Shown: positions 39,617-48,891 of the stretch, in pieces
How the letters are laid out: each line of letters begins with the position of its first letter
Position numbering within the stretch: position 1 is the first letter of the stretch
Source of the DNA: an uncultured Actinomycetes bacterium
Lineage (GTDB): Bacteria > Actinomycetota > Thermoleophilia > Gaiellales > Gaiellaceae
DNA length: 64,000 bases
Direction of reading: 5' to 3'
Assembly: GCA_963847235.1 (NCBI GenBank)
Contig: CAWJYU010000011.1
Span: 9,242-73,241, forward strand
The notes under the pieces: generated by a model
Seen by the model: the letters and a program-made list of their open reading frames with translations, nothing else
Told to the model about the DNA's origin: nothing
Database searches by the model: none
Made by a program: the position numbers and the translations under genes

Positions 39617-40810
39617 CTATGCCAGAGCGGCGCGCCGCTGCTCGAGGAAACGGCGTTCGGCTGCGTTCGTGGCGAGCTCCAGCGCTCGCTCGTACGCCTC
39701 GACCGCCTCCTCCCGTCGGTCCAGCCGGCGGAGCAGGTCGGCGCGCGCGGCGTGGAGCAGGTGGTAGTCGTTCAGCCCCTCGATCCGGTCGATCAGGTCG
39801 AGCCCGTGGTCGGCGCCTTCCGCCATCGCGACGGCCACGGCGCGGTTGAGCTCGACGATCGGCGACGGGGTGACCTGCGCCAGGCGGTCGTAAAGGGCGG
39901 CAACCGCCGGCCAGTCCGTCCGCCCTTCCGAGTGGACGGCCGCAATCGCCGCCTGGAGCTGGTACGGGCCCACGCCGCGCAAGCTCGCTGCCCGCTCGAG
40001 CACGCGGCGGCCCTCGTCGATGCGCTGCGTGTCCCAGAGGGAGCGGTCCTGATTCTCCAGGAGCACGAGCTCGCCGCCGACAGTGCGGGCCTCCCGACGG
40101 GAGTCGTGGAAGAGCATCAAAGCGAGCAGCCCGAGCGCCTCCGCCTCGTCCGGCATCAGCACCGCGAGCAGCTTGGCGAGACGGATCGCCTCGTCGCAGA
40201 GCTCGCGCCGGACCAGATCGTCGCCCGAGGTCGCCTCGTACCCCTCGTTGAAGACGAGGTACAGGACGGCGAGCACGGACTCCAGCCGGTCGGGGAGCAC
40301 TTCGTCGGGAGGAACGCGGAACGGGATGCCCGCCTCACGGATCTTCCGCTTCGCGCGGACGAGCCGCTGCGCCATCGTCGCCTCGGCGATCAGGAAGGCC
40401 CGTGCGATCTCCCCGGTCGCGAGGCCGCCGACCTCGCGGAGCGTGAGCGCAACGCGCGCCTCCGGGGCGAGGGCCGGATGGCAGCAGGTGAAGACGAGCG
40501 CGAGCCGCTCGTCGGGGATCGTGCTCACCTCGTCGTCCTCTCCGGGCAGCTCCTCGAGGCGCGCGAGGAGCTCGGTCTTCCGCTGGAGCGTCCGGTCGCG
40601 GCGGATCCGGTCGATCGCCCGGTTGCGCGCCGTCGTGACGATCCAGGCGCCCGGATTACGCGGCATGCCCTCAATCGGCCAGCGCTCCAGCGCTGTGGTG
40701 AACGCGTCCTGCACCGCGTCCTCGGCGAGGTCGAAGTCGCCGAGGACGCTGATGAGGATCGAGACCGCACGTCCCCACTCCTCGCGGAAGACAGTGGCGA
40801 CGTCGGCCAG
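39617..40810 (-). CDS. ECF-type sigma-70 family factor with long C-terminal extension (probable CTG start)
   Basis: Region 2 [31 protein letters not shown]...[19 protein letters not shown]. Region 4 [34 protein letters not shown]. About 200-aa helical C-terminal domain. The ORF track starts only at GTG 40714. Confidence 0.8.
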   Translation of the reverse strand: MADVATVFREEWGRAVSILISVLGDFDLAEDAVQDAFTTALERWPIEGMPRNPGAWIVTTARNRAIDRIRRDRTLQRKTELLARLEELPGEDDEVSTIPDERLALVFTCCHPALAPEARVALTLREVGGLATGEIARAFLIAEATMAQRLVRAKRKIREAGIPFRVPPDEVLPDRLESVLAVLYLVFNEGYEATSGDDLVRRELCDEAIRLAKLLAVLMPDEAEALGLLALMLFHDSRREARTVGGELVLLENQDRSLWDTQRIDEGRRVLERAASLRGVGPYQLQAAIAAVHSEGRTDWPAVAALYDRLAQVTPSPIVELNRAVAVAMAEGADHGLDLIDRIEGLNDYHLLHAARADLLRRLDRREEAVEAYERALELATNAAERRFLEQRRAALA

Positions 40811-40812
40811 TT

Positions 40813-41175
40813 CTAGTCCCGCTCCACGACCGGGCGCACCTCGATCGAGCCGTACTCGGAAGCCGGGATCTTCGCGGCATAGGCGAGCGCGGTGTCGAGA
40901 TCGGGGAGCTTCGTGTCGAAGAAGCCGCCGATCTGCTCCTTCGTCTCGGCAAAGGGGCCGTCCGTGATCTGGACCTCACCATCGCGCACGCGCACGGTCT
41001 TCGCGGTCCGGATGTCGTCGAGCTCTTTGCCGGCCATCTCCGGGTCGGCCGCCCCGAGCTCCTCGAAGAACGCGTACCACTTCGGCAGCGACTCCTCGCT
41101 CCGCTTTGCAGCCTCCTCCTCCGACATCTCGAACCAGGGCGCCTGGTCGCTGTAGATCAGCATCGCGTAGCGCAT
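40813..41175 (-). CDS. YciI family protein
   Basis: [11 protein letters not shown]...[16 protein letters not shown]... Confidence 0.85.
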   Translation of the reverse strand: MRYAMLIYSDQAPWFEMSEEEAAKRSEESLPKWYAFFEELGAADPEMAGKELDDIRTAKTVRVRDGEVQITDGPFAETKEQIGGFFDTKLPDLDTALAYAAKIPASEYGSIEVRPVVERD

Positions 41176-41176
41176 C

Positions 41177-41521
41177 TCAGCTCTCCTCGCGAACGTAGAC
41201 GGGGCGAACCTCGATCGCGCCGTGCTCTGCGGCCGGGATCTCAGCGGCCAGCTTGCAGGCGTCGTCGATCGAGTCGGCATCGAGGATGAAGAAGCCGCCG
41301 AGCGCCTCCTTGACCTCGGCGTACGGGCCGTCCGTGACCATCGAGTCGCCGTTCCGGACCCGGACGGTCGTCGCGGTGTTCGTCTCCTGGAGCTCGGCGC
41401 CGCCGACGACCTCGGGCCGCTCCGAGAACTGCATGTAGCGCTGGTACACGGCCTGGCGCTCGTCGTCGCTCAACTCGTTCCAGCCGTTCTCGCTTGCGTG
41501 GATCAAAGCGAGGAATTCCAT
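41177..41521 (-). CDS. YciI family protein
   Basis: MEFLALIHASE...TDGPYAEVKEALGGFFIL... Confidence 0.85.
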   Translation of the reverse strand: MEFLALIHASENGWNELSDDERQAVYQRYMQFSERPEVVGGAELQETNTATTVRVRNGDSMVTDGPYAEVKEALGGFFILDADSIDDACKLAAEIPAAEHGAIEVRPVYVREES

Positions 41522-41534
41522 CTGTCTCCTTTCC

Positions 41535-41681
41535 TCAGGCTGCCCGGAGCCTTGCCAGCATCGTCTCATGGACGAGCAGCAGGTCGGGCTTCCCGAAGGG
41601 GTCGTGGTGGCGGAGCTCATCGGTGATCGCCCGCCTCTTCGCCGTCTCGCGCTCGACTAGGTTCCTCCGAAGGCGCCTCAC
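41535..41681 (-). CDS. candidate 48-aa Arg-rich small protein
   Basis: GTG 41681 is preceded by AAAGGAGGAGG. Encodes (M)RRLRRNLVERETAKRRAITDELRHHDPFGKPDLLLVHETMLARLRAA. Hidden in the ORF track inside the long ORF 41535..44222. Confidence 0.35.
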   Translation of the reverse strand: MRRLRRNLVERETAKRRAITDELRHHDPFGKPDLLLVHETMLARLRAA

Positions 41682-41728
41682 CGCCTCCTCCTTTCGTCGC
41701 TTGCACAGGAACGACGAACGGGCGGCGG

Positions 41729-43961
41729 CTAGATCGACAGCATCCGCTGAAGAAGTTCGAGCGCGCCGGCCTTGTCGAGCGGCTCGTTCAGGTTCCCGCA
41801 TTTCGGCGACTGGACACAGGACGGGCAGCCGTGGTCGCATGGGCAGCCCTCCAACATTCGGGCGGTGTCGCCGACCCAGCCCTCGAAGACCTCGAACCCG
41901 CGCTCGTTGATCCCGACGCCGCCGGCGTGGCCGTCGTAGACGAAGATGGTCGGGCGCCCGGTCTGGAAGTGCAAGTTCGTCGAGAGCCCGCCGATGTCCC
42001 AGCGGTCGCACATCGCCCAGAGCGGCAGGATCGCGATCATCGCGTGCTCCGCGGCGTGAAGAGAGCCGAGTAGGCGCGTGATGTCCGTCATCCCCTCGAG
42101 CATCGCGTCCTCGGGGACGAACCAGATCGCCTCCGTGTCGAACTCCGTCTCCGGGAGGTCGAGCGGAAGGGTCTCGATCGTCTCGCCGTCGCCGATCCGC
42201 TTCCGCTGGTAGGCGACGACCTGCTCGGTGACGACGACGCGGCCGAAGGAGAGGTCGACGCCCAGCCGCCGCTCTTCGCGGAGCGGCTCGACGATCGCGG
42301 TCATCGTGTCCTTCTTCGCCTGGGTGTACTCGTCGCCCGAGTACGGCTCGACGAGGGCGGTGCGGTTCTCCAGGTCGAGCTCCGCGACGCGGTACGACTC
42401 GCCGAGGTGGAGGTAGACGGCGCCCTGGTGGACTGTGGAGTACGCGCGCTCCCGCTCGACGAGGCCCGAGGAGCGTCCCCGTCGAGAGGTCGACGACGGT
42501 GAAGGAGTCCGGCGTTGCCGAGCGGAGGCCGAAGCGGCCGGCCGGGTAGTCCCGTCCTGCCCAGACGAAGCCGCCGTCCTTGCGGCGGAGATCCGGGAGC
42601 TGCGCCGCGCGCTCGAGCGCCTCGGGGCCGAGGGTCTCGGCGTCCTTCTCGTCGAGCGGCGCCTCGAAGGCGGCCGAGCGGACATGGCCGTCGAGGACAC
42701 GTGGGTTCGCGTGGTCGAGGATCGCCGCCTCGACCCGCCGGTCGAGCAGTGACTCCGGGTCGCGCATGAAGAACTGGTCGAGGGCGTCCTCCGTGGCGAC
42801 CATGGCGGCGAGCCCGTGGCCCCGGCGCCCGGCGCGGCCCCACTGCTGCTTGAGGCTCGCGACGGTTCCCGGGAAGCCGACGCAGATGACCGCGTCGAGG
42901 AGGCCGACGTCGATCCCGAGCTCGAGCGCGTTCGTCGCGCTGACCCCGAGCAGGTCGCCGTCGACGAGCCGGCGCTCGATCTGGCGGCGCTGGGCGGGCG
43001 TGTAGCCGGCCCGGTACGGGGAGAGTCGGGTGGCGTCGCCGAGCCGCTGGGCGGTGAAGCGGTGGACGAGCTCCGCGGACTTGCGGCTCTTGGCGAAGCA
43101 GAGCGTCCTGACGCCTCTCTCGACGAGCGAGGCCATCAGCCGGGATGCCTCGCCGAGGGCACTCGCGCGGAGCCCGAGCTCCTCGTCGGTGAGCGGTGGG
43201 TTCCAGAGCAGGATCGTCCGGTCCGCCTTCGGGGCGCCGTCGTGCTCGATCGTCGTCGCCTCCACGCCGATGAGCCGCTGGGCGAGCTCTCCGGGGTTCG
43301 CGATCGTCGCCGAGGCAAGGAGAAACTGCGGATCGGCGCCGTAGATCCGCGCCAGGCGACGGAGCCGGCGAAGGACGTTCCCGACGTGTGAGCCGAAGAC
43401 GCCGCGGTAGACGTGCGCCTCGTCCACGACGACGTAGCGGAGGTTGTGGAGCACGTCGCCCCACCGGTCGTGGTGAGGAAGGACGCCGACGTGGAGCATG
43501 TCGGGGTTGGTCAGGATCAGGTTCGACCACTTGCGGATCTGCCAGCGGCGGCTCGACTCGGTGTCGCCGTCGTAGATCGCGGGCTTGATCGCCGGCGGCT
43601 TCAGCTCCGTGAGCGATCTGATCTGGTCCTGTGCGAGCGCCTTGGTCGGGTAGAGGTAGAGCGCGCGGGTCTTGGGCTCGCGGGCGAGGGCGTCGAGAAC
43701 CGGCAGATTGAAGGCGAGCGTCTTGCCGGACGCCGTGCCGGTGGCGACGACGAGATGCTCTCCGCGCTGGGCCGCGTCCCACGCGTCGGCCTGGTGCGTG
43801 AAGAGCTGCTCGATCCCGCGCGCTGCGAGCGCGTCGGCGACCTTCGGGTGGAGGCCTTCAGGGAGGGGTGCGAACCGGGGTCGGCGAGCAGGCTCGCCGC
43901 CGACGTACGCGACCTCCTCGCCCTCCAGGAGGTCGCTCCAGAGATCGGCCGCAACGCTCAT
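41729..43961 (-). pseudogene. DEAD/DEAH-box helicase with C-terminal DUF1998/4-Cys domain (MrfA/SftH-like), apparent +1 frameshift
   Basis: Motif I ATGTASGKT, motif II VVVDEAH, WGRAGRRG. C-terminus CPCDHGCPSCVQSPKCGN. The frames join near 42464 (...DLSTGTLLG | LVERERAYSTVHQGAVYLH). Confidence 0.85.
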
Positions 43962-44620
43962 CGGCGGGCCACGAGGGCGACGAGGTACGGGTAGTCGTCC
44001 TCTCCGTCCTCCTCGAAGTGCTCGACCCGGAGACCGGCCGACGCGAATGCGGACACGAATTCGCCCAGCGGGACATGCGAGGCGCCAACGCGTGCGCGAA
44101 GCCCGTCGGGGTTGAAGACGCCGGGCGCGTCGTCGTCGTAGCGTCGGCCCGGCCGGTAGCCGGGATGGAGCTCCGGCACGCCTCGGGCGAAGCGGAACAG
44201 CGCGTGGGGCCCGACGAAGCACGGGTGCCCACCCACGTAGACGAACGGGCCGCCGGGCTTGAGCACCCGCGCAACCTCCTGCACTGCTCCGGCGAAGTCG
44301 TCCAGATCGGTATGCGTCCAGAGCGAGACAGCGGCGTCGAAGGTCGCGTCTTCGAACGGCAGCGACGAGGCATCGGCGTGGACGACGTCCAGGCCCCGCT
44401 CGCGGGCTCGGCGCAGCATGTCCTCCGAGGCGTCCACGCCGATGACCTCCCAGTCCTGCTCGCGGAAGGCGACCGTGTGCGCGCCCGTACCGCAGCCGAG
44501 GTCGAGCAACGCTCCGGGCCCGGGGCCGAGCAGGCGAACGGCCGCGGCGCGTCCTGGGTCGTGGCTGTCGCCGAGGAACTCGGTGTCGTACCAGTCGGCG
44601 ATCCCGTCGTATCGAGCCAT
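43958..44620 (-). CDS. class I SAM-dependent methyltransferase
   Basis: LLDLGCGTGAHT...VGVDASEDML...LKPGGPFV. Its stop overlaps the helicase start (ATGA). Confidence 0.85.
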   Translation of the reverse strand: MARYDGIADWYDTEFLGDSHDPGRAAAVRLLGPGPGALLDLGCGTGAHTVAFREQDWEVIGVDASEDMLRRARERGLDVVHADASSLPFEDATFDAAVSLWTHTDLDDFAGAVQEVARVLKPGGPFVYVGGHPCFVGPHALFRFARGVPELHPGYRPGRRYDDDAPGVFNPDGLRARVGASHVPLGEFVSAFASAGLRVEHFEEDGEDDYPYLVALVARR

Positions 44621-44680
44621 CGTTCGATGCTAGCCCGGTGCCTGGAACCTCCAGGCCGCGGTCGGTGTAGAGGATCGAAT

Positions 44681-45850
44681 ATGTGGATCCGGGTCGGGGT
44701 CATCCTCGCTGCACTTGCCGTTGTCGCCGGCGGCTCCGCCTCGACGGCGCAGAGCCCCAGGATCTCGCTGACCTCGCCTCGCTCCGGCCTCACGGCCGGT
44801 CGGCCATGGACGGCGGTGGTGCGCGTCCGCGGTGCGCGCCCGGCTCGCCTAGCGCTGACGGCAACGCTTGGACGCCGGCGCGTGGCGGCGTCGGCTCGAA
44901 GATGGCGCCGTGACCGCTACCGGGCCCGTCTCGTCTTCCCCGCGCCGGGCCGCTGGCGCCTTGGCGCCCAGATCGGCCGGAAGCGTGTCCGGCTTGGCAC
45001 CGTCACGGTCCGGGCGGCGATCCGCCCGCCCCTCGTGCTCGTCGCTCCGACCGACGCTGTCCTCGAGCCGAACGGATCGATCCTGGTCGCCGAGAGCGGG
45101 CAGTCGCGCCTCGCCCGAATCGATCCGACCACGGGCCGCGACACGCTCGTCGCGCGGATCGTCCAGCCGTTCGGCGTCGTGCTGACGCCTTCGGGCGTTC
45201 TCTACTCCACGTCCGAGAGCAGGGTCGTCCGGGTCGAGAGCGGCGGCTCGACCACCACGCTCGCCGACGCCGGTGAGGATGTCGGGCCGCTCGCGCTCGA
45301 CTCGTCCGGAAATCTGTACTTCAGCACCGTCTCCCGAATCTTCCGCATCGAGAGCGGCACGGGCGCGGTGACGCACTACGCGGGCACCGGGATTCGAGGA
45401 AGCCGGGGGGATGGGGGGGCCGCACTGGCGGCGGAGCTCGACGCTCCACACGGCCTCGTTGTCGGGCCCGATGGAGCGCTCTACGTTGCGGACACGGGGA
45501 ACCACCGCGTTCGTCGCATCGATCCGGCCACGCGTGTGATCACCGCTTTCGCGGCTGCCGTCGCCCCGGCTGGTCTGGCATTCGGCCCGGGTGGCGTTCT
45601 GTACGTCGCCGAGCGGGACGGCCAGCGCGTGTCCCGGATCGACCCCACCGGGACGAAGACCGTCGTCGCTGGGACCGGTGTGAGGGGTGGGAGCGGTGAC
45701 GGCGGTGCCGCAGTCGCGGCGCAGGTCGACGAGCCGTTCGACGTGGTGCCGGCACCCGGCGGCGAGCTGTTCGTCGTCGAGAGCAGTGTGTCGGGCGGCA
45801 TCCGCCATATCGACGCGTCGGGCGTCATTCGAACGATCCGCCGCCGCTAG
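44681..45850 (+). CDS. secreted NHL-repeat (beta-propeller) protein
   Basis: Signal peptide MWIRVGVILAALAVVAGGSASTAQS. Repeated ...G.LYVAD.GNHRVRRIDP... modules. Confidence 0.7.
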   Translation: MWIRVGVILAALAVVAGGSASTAQSPRISLTSPRSGLTAGRPWTAVVRVRGARPARLALTATLGRRRVAASARRWRRDRYRARLVFPAPGRWRLGAQIGRKRVRLGTVTVRAAIRPPLVLVAPTDAVLEPNGSILVAESGQSRLARIDPTTGRDTLVARIVQPFGVVLTPSGVLYSTSESRVVRVESGGSTTTLADAGEDVGPLALDSSGNLYFSTVSRIFRIESGTGAVTHYAGTGIRGSRGDGGAALAAELDAPHGLVVGPDGALYVADTGNHRVRRIDPATRVITAFAAAVAPAGLAFGPGGVLYVAERDGQRVSRIDPTGTKTVVAGTGVRGGSGDGGAAVAAQVDEPFDVVPAPGGELFVVESSVSGGIRHIDASGVIRTIRRR

Positions 45851-45854
45851 AATT

Positions 45855-45933
45855 CTGTCACCGGGGTGCCGCGTGGGCGGCTGAGATCACACCCGTCGAA
45901 CCTGATCCGGGTCATGCCGGCGGAGGGAGACAG
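45855..45933 (+). promoter_or_regulatory. TPP (THI-box) riboswitch
   Basis: GGGGTGCC...CTGAGA...ACCCGTCGAACCTGATCCGGGTCATGCCGGCGGAGGGA. P1 pairs CTGTC/GACAG. The 3' side covers the SD GGAGGGAG directly before the thiD TTG (45934). Confidence 0.85.
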
Positions 45934-46767
45934 TTGGTTCCTCGTTGTTTGACGATCGCAGGGTCCGATTCCGGCGGCGGCGCCGGGATCCAGGCCGACC
46001 TGAAGGCGTTCGCGGCCGCCGGCTGTCACGGGATGACGGCGATCGTCGCGCTGACCGCACAGAGCACGGTGGGCGTCTCGGCGGTGCACGAGCTGCCGCC
46101 TGAGTTCGTCCGTGCCCAACTCGAGGCGGTCTTCGACGACATCGGCGTCGACGCGGCGAAGACGGGAATGCTCTTCTCCGCCGAGCTGATCCGGACCGTG
46201 GCGAACTTCCTCGCCGACCAGTCCGCCCCGCTCGTCGTGGATCCGGTCATGGTCGCAAGCAGCGGCGCGAAGCTCCTCCAGGATGACGCGGTCGACGAGC
46301 TCGTGACGCGGCTGTTCCCTCTCGCGACGGTCGTGACGCCGAATTGGCACGAAGCACAGGTCCTCGCGAGCCGGGTCCGAGGGACAGTCCCTCGCGAGCC
46401 GCGTGCGCTCGCGGAGGCAATCGTCGAACGAGGAGCTCCAGCCGTCGTCGTCACCGGGGGACACGGACCGGAGCCAATCGACCACCTCTACGACGGCGAG
46501 CGTCACGTCGAGATCCCGGTCGAGCGACACGACGTCCCTGCAACGCACGGTGCCGGTTGCACGCATTCCGCCACGCTCGCGGCGCTTCTCGCTCGCGGGC
46601 AGTCACTCGTGGAGGCGAGCCGCGGCGCGGCCGCCGCGGCCGCCTCCTCCGTTCGGAACGGTCTCACCGAGATCGGTGCAGGCGACGGGCCCGTCGACGT
46701 CCTCAACGTGAAGGAGCGCGATGGCGATCTCGCCCGGAGCGACGCTGCGCACGCTGCGCGAGCGTAA
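45934..46767 (+). CDS. thiD: hydroxymethylpyrimidine/phosphomethylpyrimidine kinase
   Basis: [21 protein letters not shown]...[11 protein letters not shown]...[10 protein letters not shown]. Confidence 0.9.
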   Translation: MVPRCLTIAGSDSGGGAGIQADLKAFAAAGCHGMTAIVALTAQSTVGVSAVHELPPEFVRAQLEAVFDDIGVDAAKTGMLFSAELIRTVANFLADQSAPLVVDPVMVASSGAKLLQDDAVDELVTRLFPLATVVTPNWHEAQVLASRVRGTVPREPRALAEAIVERGAPAVVVTGGHGPEPIDHLYDGERHVEIPVERHDVPATHGAGCTHSATLAALLARGQSLVEASRGAAAAAASSVRNGLTEIGAGDGPVDVLNVKERDGDLARSDAAHAARA

Positions 46768-47509
46768 GCCGCTCGTCCACCAGATCACGAACTACGTCGT
46801 CATGAACGAGACGGCGAACGCGACACTCGCGCTCGGCGCGCTCCCGGTGATGGCGCACGCGCCGCAGGAGGTCGCGGAGATGGCCGCGAACGCCGGCGCG
46901 CTCGTGCTCAACATCGGGACGCTGTCGGAGCACTGGGTCGAGGCGATGCTCCTCGCAGGCAGGGCGGCGCAGGGCCCGATCGTTCTCGACCCCGTCGGAG
47001 CCGGCGCGACCCGCTATCGCACCGAGACCGCCAAGCGGCTCCTCGATCAGCTCGACATCACCGTCGTCCGAGGCAATGCAGCCGAGCTTGCGACCCTCGC
47101 CGGTCGAGAGGCCCAGATTCGCGGCGTGGAGTCGATCGGCGCCGAGGGCTCCGCCGCCGACCTTGCGCGCGAGGCTTCGCGAGCGCTCGGCGCCATCGTT
47201 TCCGTCACGGGGCCAACCGACCATGTCTCTGACGGTAAGCGTGTGATTGCGATCTCGAACGGGCACGAGTTGCTCGGAACGGTGAGTGGGACGGGGTGCA
47301 TGTCCACGGCGGTGACCGGCTCGTTCCTGGCAGCCAAGCCAGAGGAGCCGCTCGAGGCGGCGGCCGAGGCCCTCGCCGCATTCGGCGTGGCCGGGGAGGA
47401 TGCGGCGCGCGGCGCGCAGGGCCCCGGCACGTTCCACGCGCGGCTCTACGACGCGCTCTACAACCTCGATCCGGACACGCTGGATGGCCGCGCGAAGGTG
47501 ACGGAATGA
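46721..47509 (+). CDS. thiM: hydroxyethylthiazole kinase
   Basis: [30 protein letters not shown]...GTGCMSTAV. Confidence 0.9.
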   Translation: MAISPGATLRTLRERKPLVHQITNYVVMNETANATLALGALPVMAHAPQEVAEMAANAGALVLNIGTLSEHWVEAMLLAGRAAQGPIVLDPVGAGATRYRTETAKRLLDQLDITVVRGNAAELATLAGREAQIRGVESIGAEGSAADLAREASRALGAIVSVTGPTDHVSDGKRVIAISNGHELLGTVSGTGCMSTAVTGSFLAAKPEEPLEAAAEALAAFGVAGEDAARGAQGPGTFHARLYDALYNLDPDTLDGRAKVTE

Positions 47510-48057
47510 AGCTCCACGCGATCGTCGACGATCTCGACACTGCCAAGATCGCCCTCGAAGGCGGCGCCTCCGTGCTCCAGCTGAGGCTCAAGGGTGCGAC
47601 CACGGAGGAGCTCATCGACCGGGGCGCGCCCTTCCGCCTCCTCTGCACGCAGTACGAGGTCACGTTCGTCGTCAACGACGACGTCCAGGCGGCCCTCGCG
47701 CTGCTCGCCGACGGCGTCCACCTGGGGCGGGACGACGAGGGCAGCGAGCTCGCCGTCGAGGCCGGGATGATGCTCGGGCGCTCGGCGGCCGATCCGGCGG
47801 AGGCGAAGGAGGCGGAGCTCGCAGGCGCCGGGTATATCGGCGCCGGCCCGGTCTGGGCCTCGCCCAGCAAGCCGGACGGCGACCCCCCGATCGGGCTCGA
47901 CGGGCTCCGCGCGATCAGCGACGCGGTTCAGATCCCGGTGATCGCCATCGGCGGCATCGACGCGTCGAATGCGCGCGACTGCGTTGCCGCGGGCGCGTTC
48001 GGCGTCGCGGTCATCCGCGCCGCCAGCCAGGCCGCCGAGCTCAGTGCGGCTCTCTGA
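47506..48057 (+). CDS. thiE: thiamine-phosphate synthase
   Basis: ATGA overlap with thiM. MKLHAIVDD...LQLRLKG...FVVNDDV...GVHLGRDD...IAIGGI. Confidence 0.9.
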   Translation: MKLHAIVDDLDTAKIALEGGASVLQLRLKGATTEELIDRGAPFRLLCTQYEVTFVVNDDVQAALALLADGVHLGRDDEGSELAVEAGMMLGRSAADPAEAKEAELAGAGYIGAGPVWASPSKPDGDPPIGLDGLRAISDAVQIPVIAIGGIDASNARDCVAAGAFGVAVIRAASQAAELSAAL

Positions 48058-48859
48058 CCTCGGCGAGCTCGGCTTCCTCGCCGAGCTGGAGCGCCGCGGC
48101 CTTGCCCGCGCAATCGAGCACGATGCCGCGCAGGTCGACGGCGTGGTCGTCACCCAGGACGCGCTCGTGGAGGGCGTGCACTTTCGCCGCGACTGGATCT
48201 CCTTTCGTGACCTCGGATATCGCGCTGCGGCCGTCAACCTGAGCGACCTGGCCGCCTCGGGCGCCCAGCCCTCGGGCCTCGTAGTCTCGCTCGGTGCGCC
48301 GCCGGACACACGCGTGGACGACCTGCTCGAGCTGTACGAGGGGATCGCGGAGACCGGCGTCCCGGTCGTGGGCGGCGACACGACCCGGGCCGACATCCTC
48401 GTCCTCTCCGTGACTGCGCTCGGCCGGTCCGAGCGCGTCCCGGGCCGTGCAGGCGCCCAGCCGGGAGACCTGCTGGTCGTGACCGGCCTCCTCGGCGCCG
48501 CCGGCGCAGCGTTCCGCGACCAGCGCTATGTCCGGCCACCCCTCCGGCTCGAGGAAGGGCGCCGCCTCGCGCAGACGGCACACGCCATGCTGGACATCTC
48601 CGACGGGATTGCCCGCGACGCCGGGCACATCGCGCACCGTTCGGGGGTCCGCTGCGTGATCGAGCTCGATCGGGTCCCGCTCGCCGAGGGCGCCACGATC
48701 GACGACCTCGGCTTCGGCGAGGACTTCGAGCTTCTCGCAGCCCTCCCCGAGCCGGACTTCCACGTCGTCGGCCGCTGCGAGGAAGGCGAGGGTGTCGAAC
48801 TCCTTCGAGACGGTGAGCTGGTCACGCTGAAAGGCTGGGACCACTTCCAAACCACCTAG
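48044..48859 (+). CDS. thiL: thiamine-monophosphate kinase
   Basis: GTG 48044. LGELGFLAEL...DALVEGVHF...AVNLSDLAASGA...GGDTT. Confidence 0.85.
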   Translation: MRLSDLGELGFLAELERRGLARAIEHDAAQVDGVVVTQDALVEGVHFRRDWISFRDLGYRAAAVNLSDLAASGAQPSGLVVSLGAPPDTRVDDLLELYEGIAETGVPVVGGDTTRADILVLSVTALGRSERVPGRAGAQPGDLLVVTGLLGAAGAAFRDQRYVRPPLRLEEGRRLAQTAHAMLDISDGIARDAGHIAHRSGVRCVIELDRVPLAEGATIDDLGFGEDFELLAALPEPDFHVVGRCEEGEGVELLRDGELVTLKGWDHFQTT

Positions 48860-48891
48860 CGCCAAGGGGCGTACCGTGCTAACGGTTCCCC

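Noticed and set aside
41729-44620. A helicase with DUF1998 next to a methyltransferase, considered as a possible DISARM-like defence module.
   Set aside because: The helicase core and the 4-Cys DUF1998 domain are fused in one MrfA/SftH-type repair helicase. The methyltransferase is a small class I enzyme (LDLGCGTG, Methyltransf_11-like) without DNA-methyltransferase motifs. No PLD nuclease, DrmA/B/C-like genes or other defence genes are nearby.
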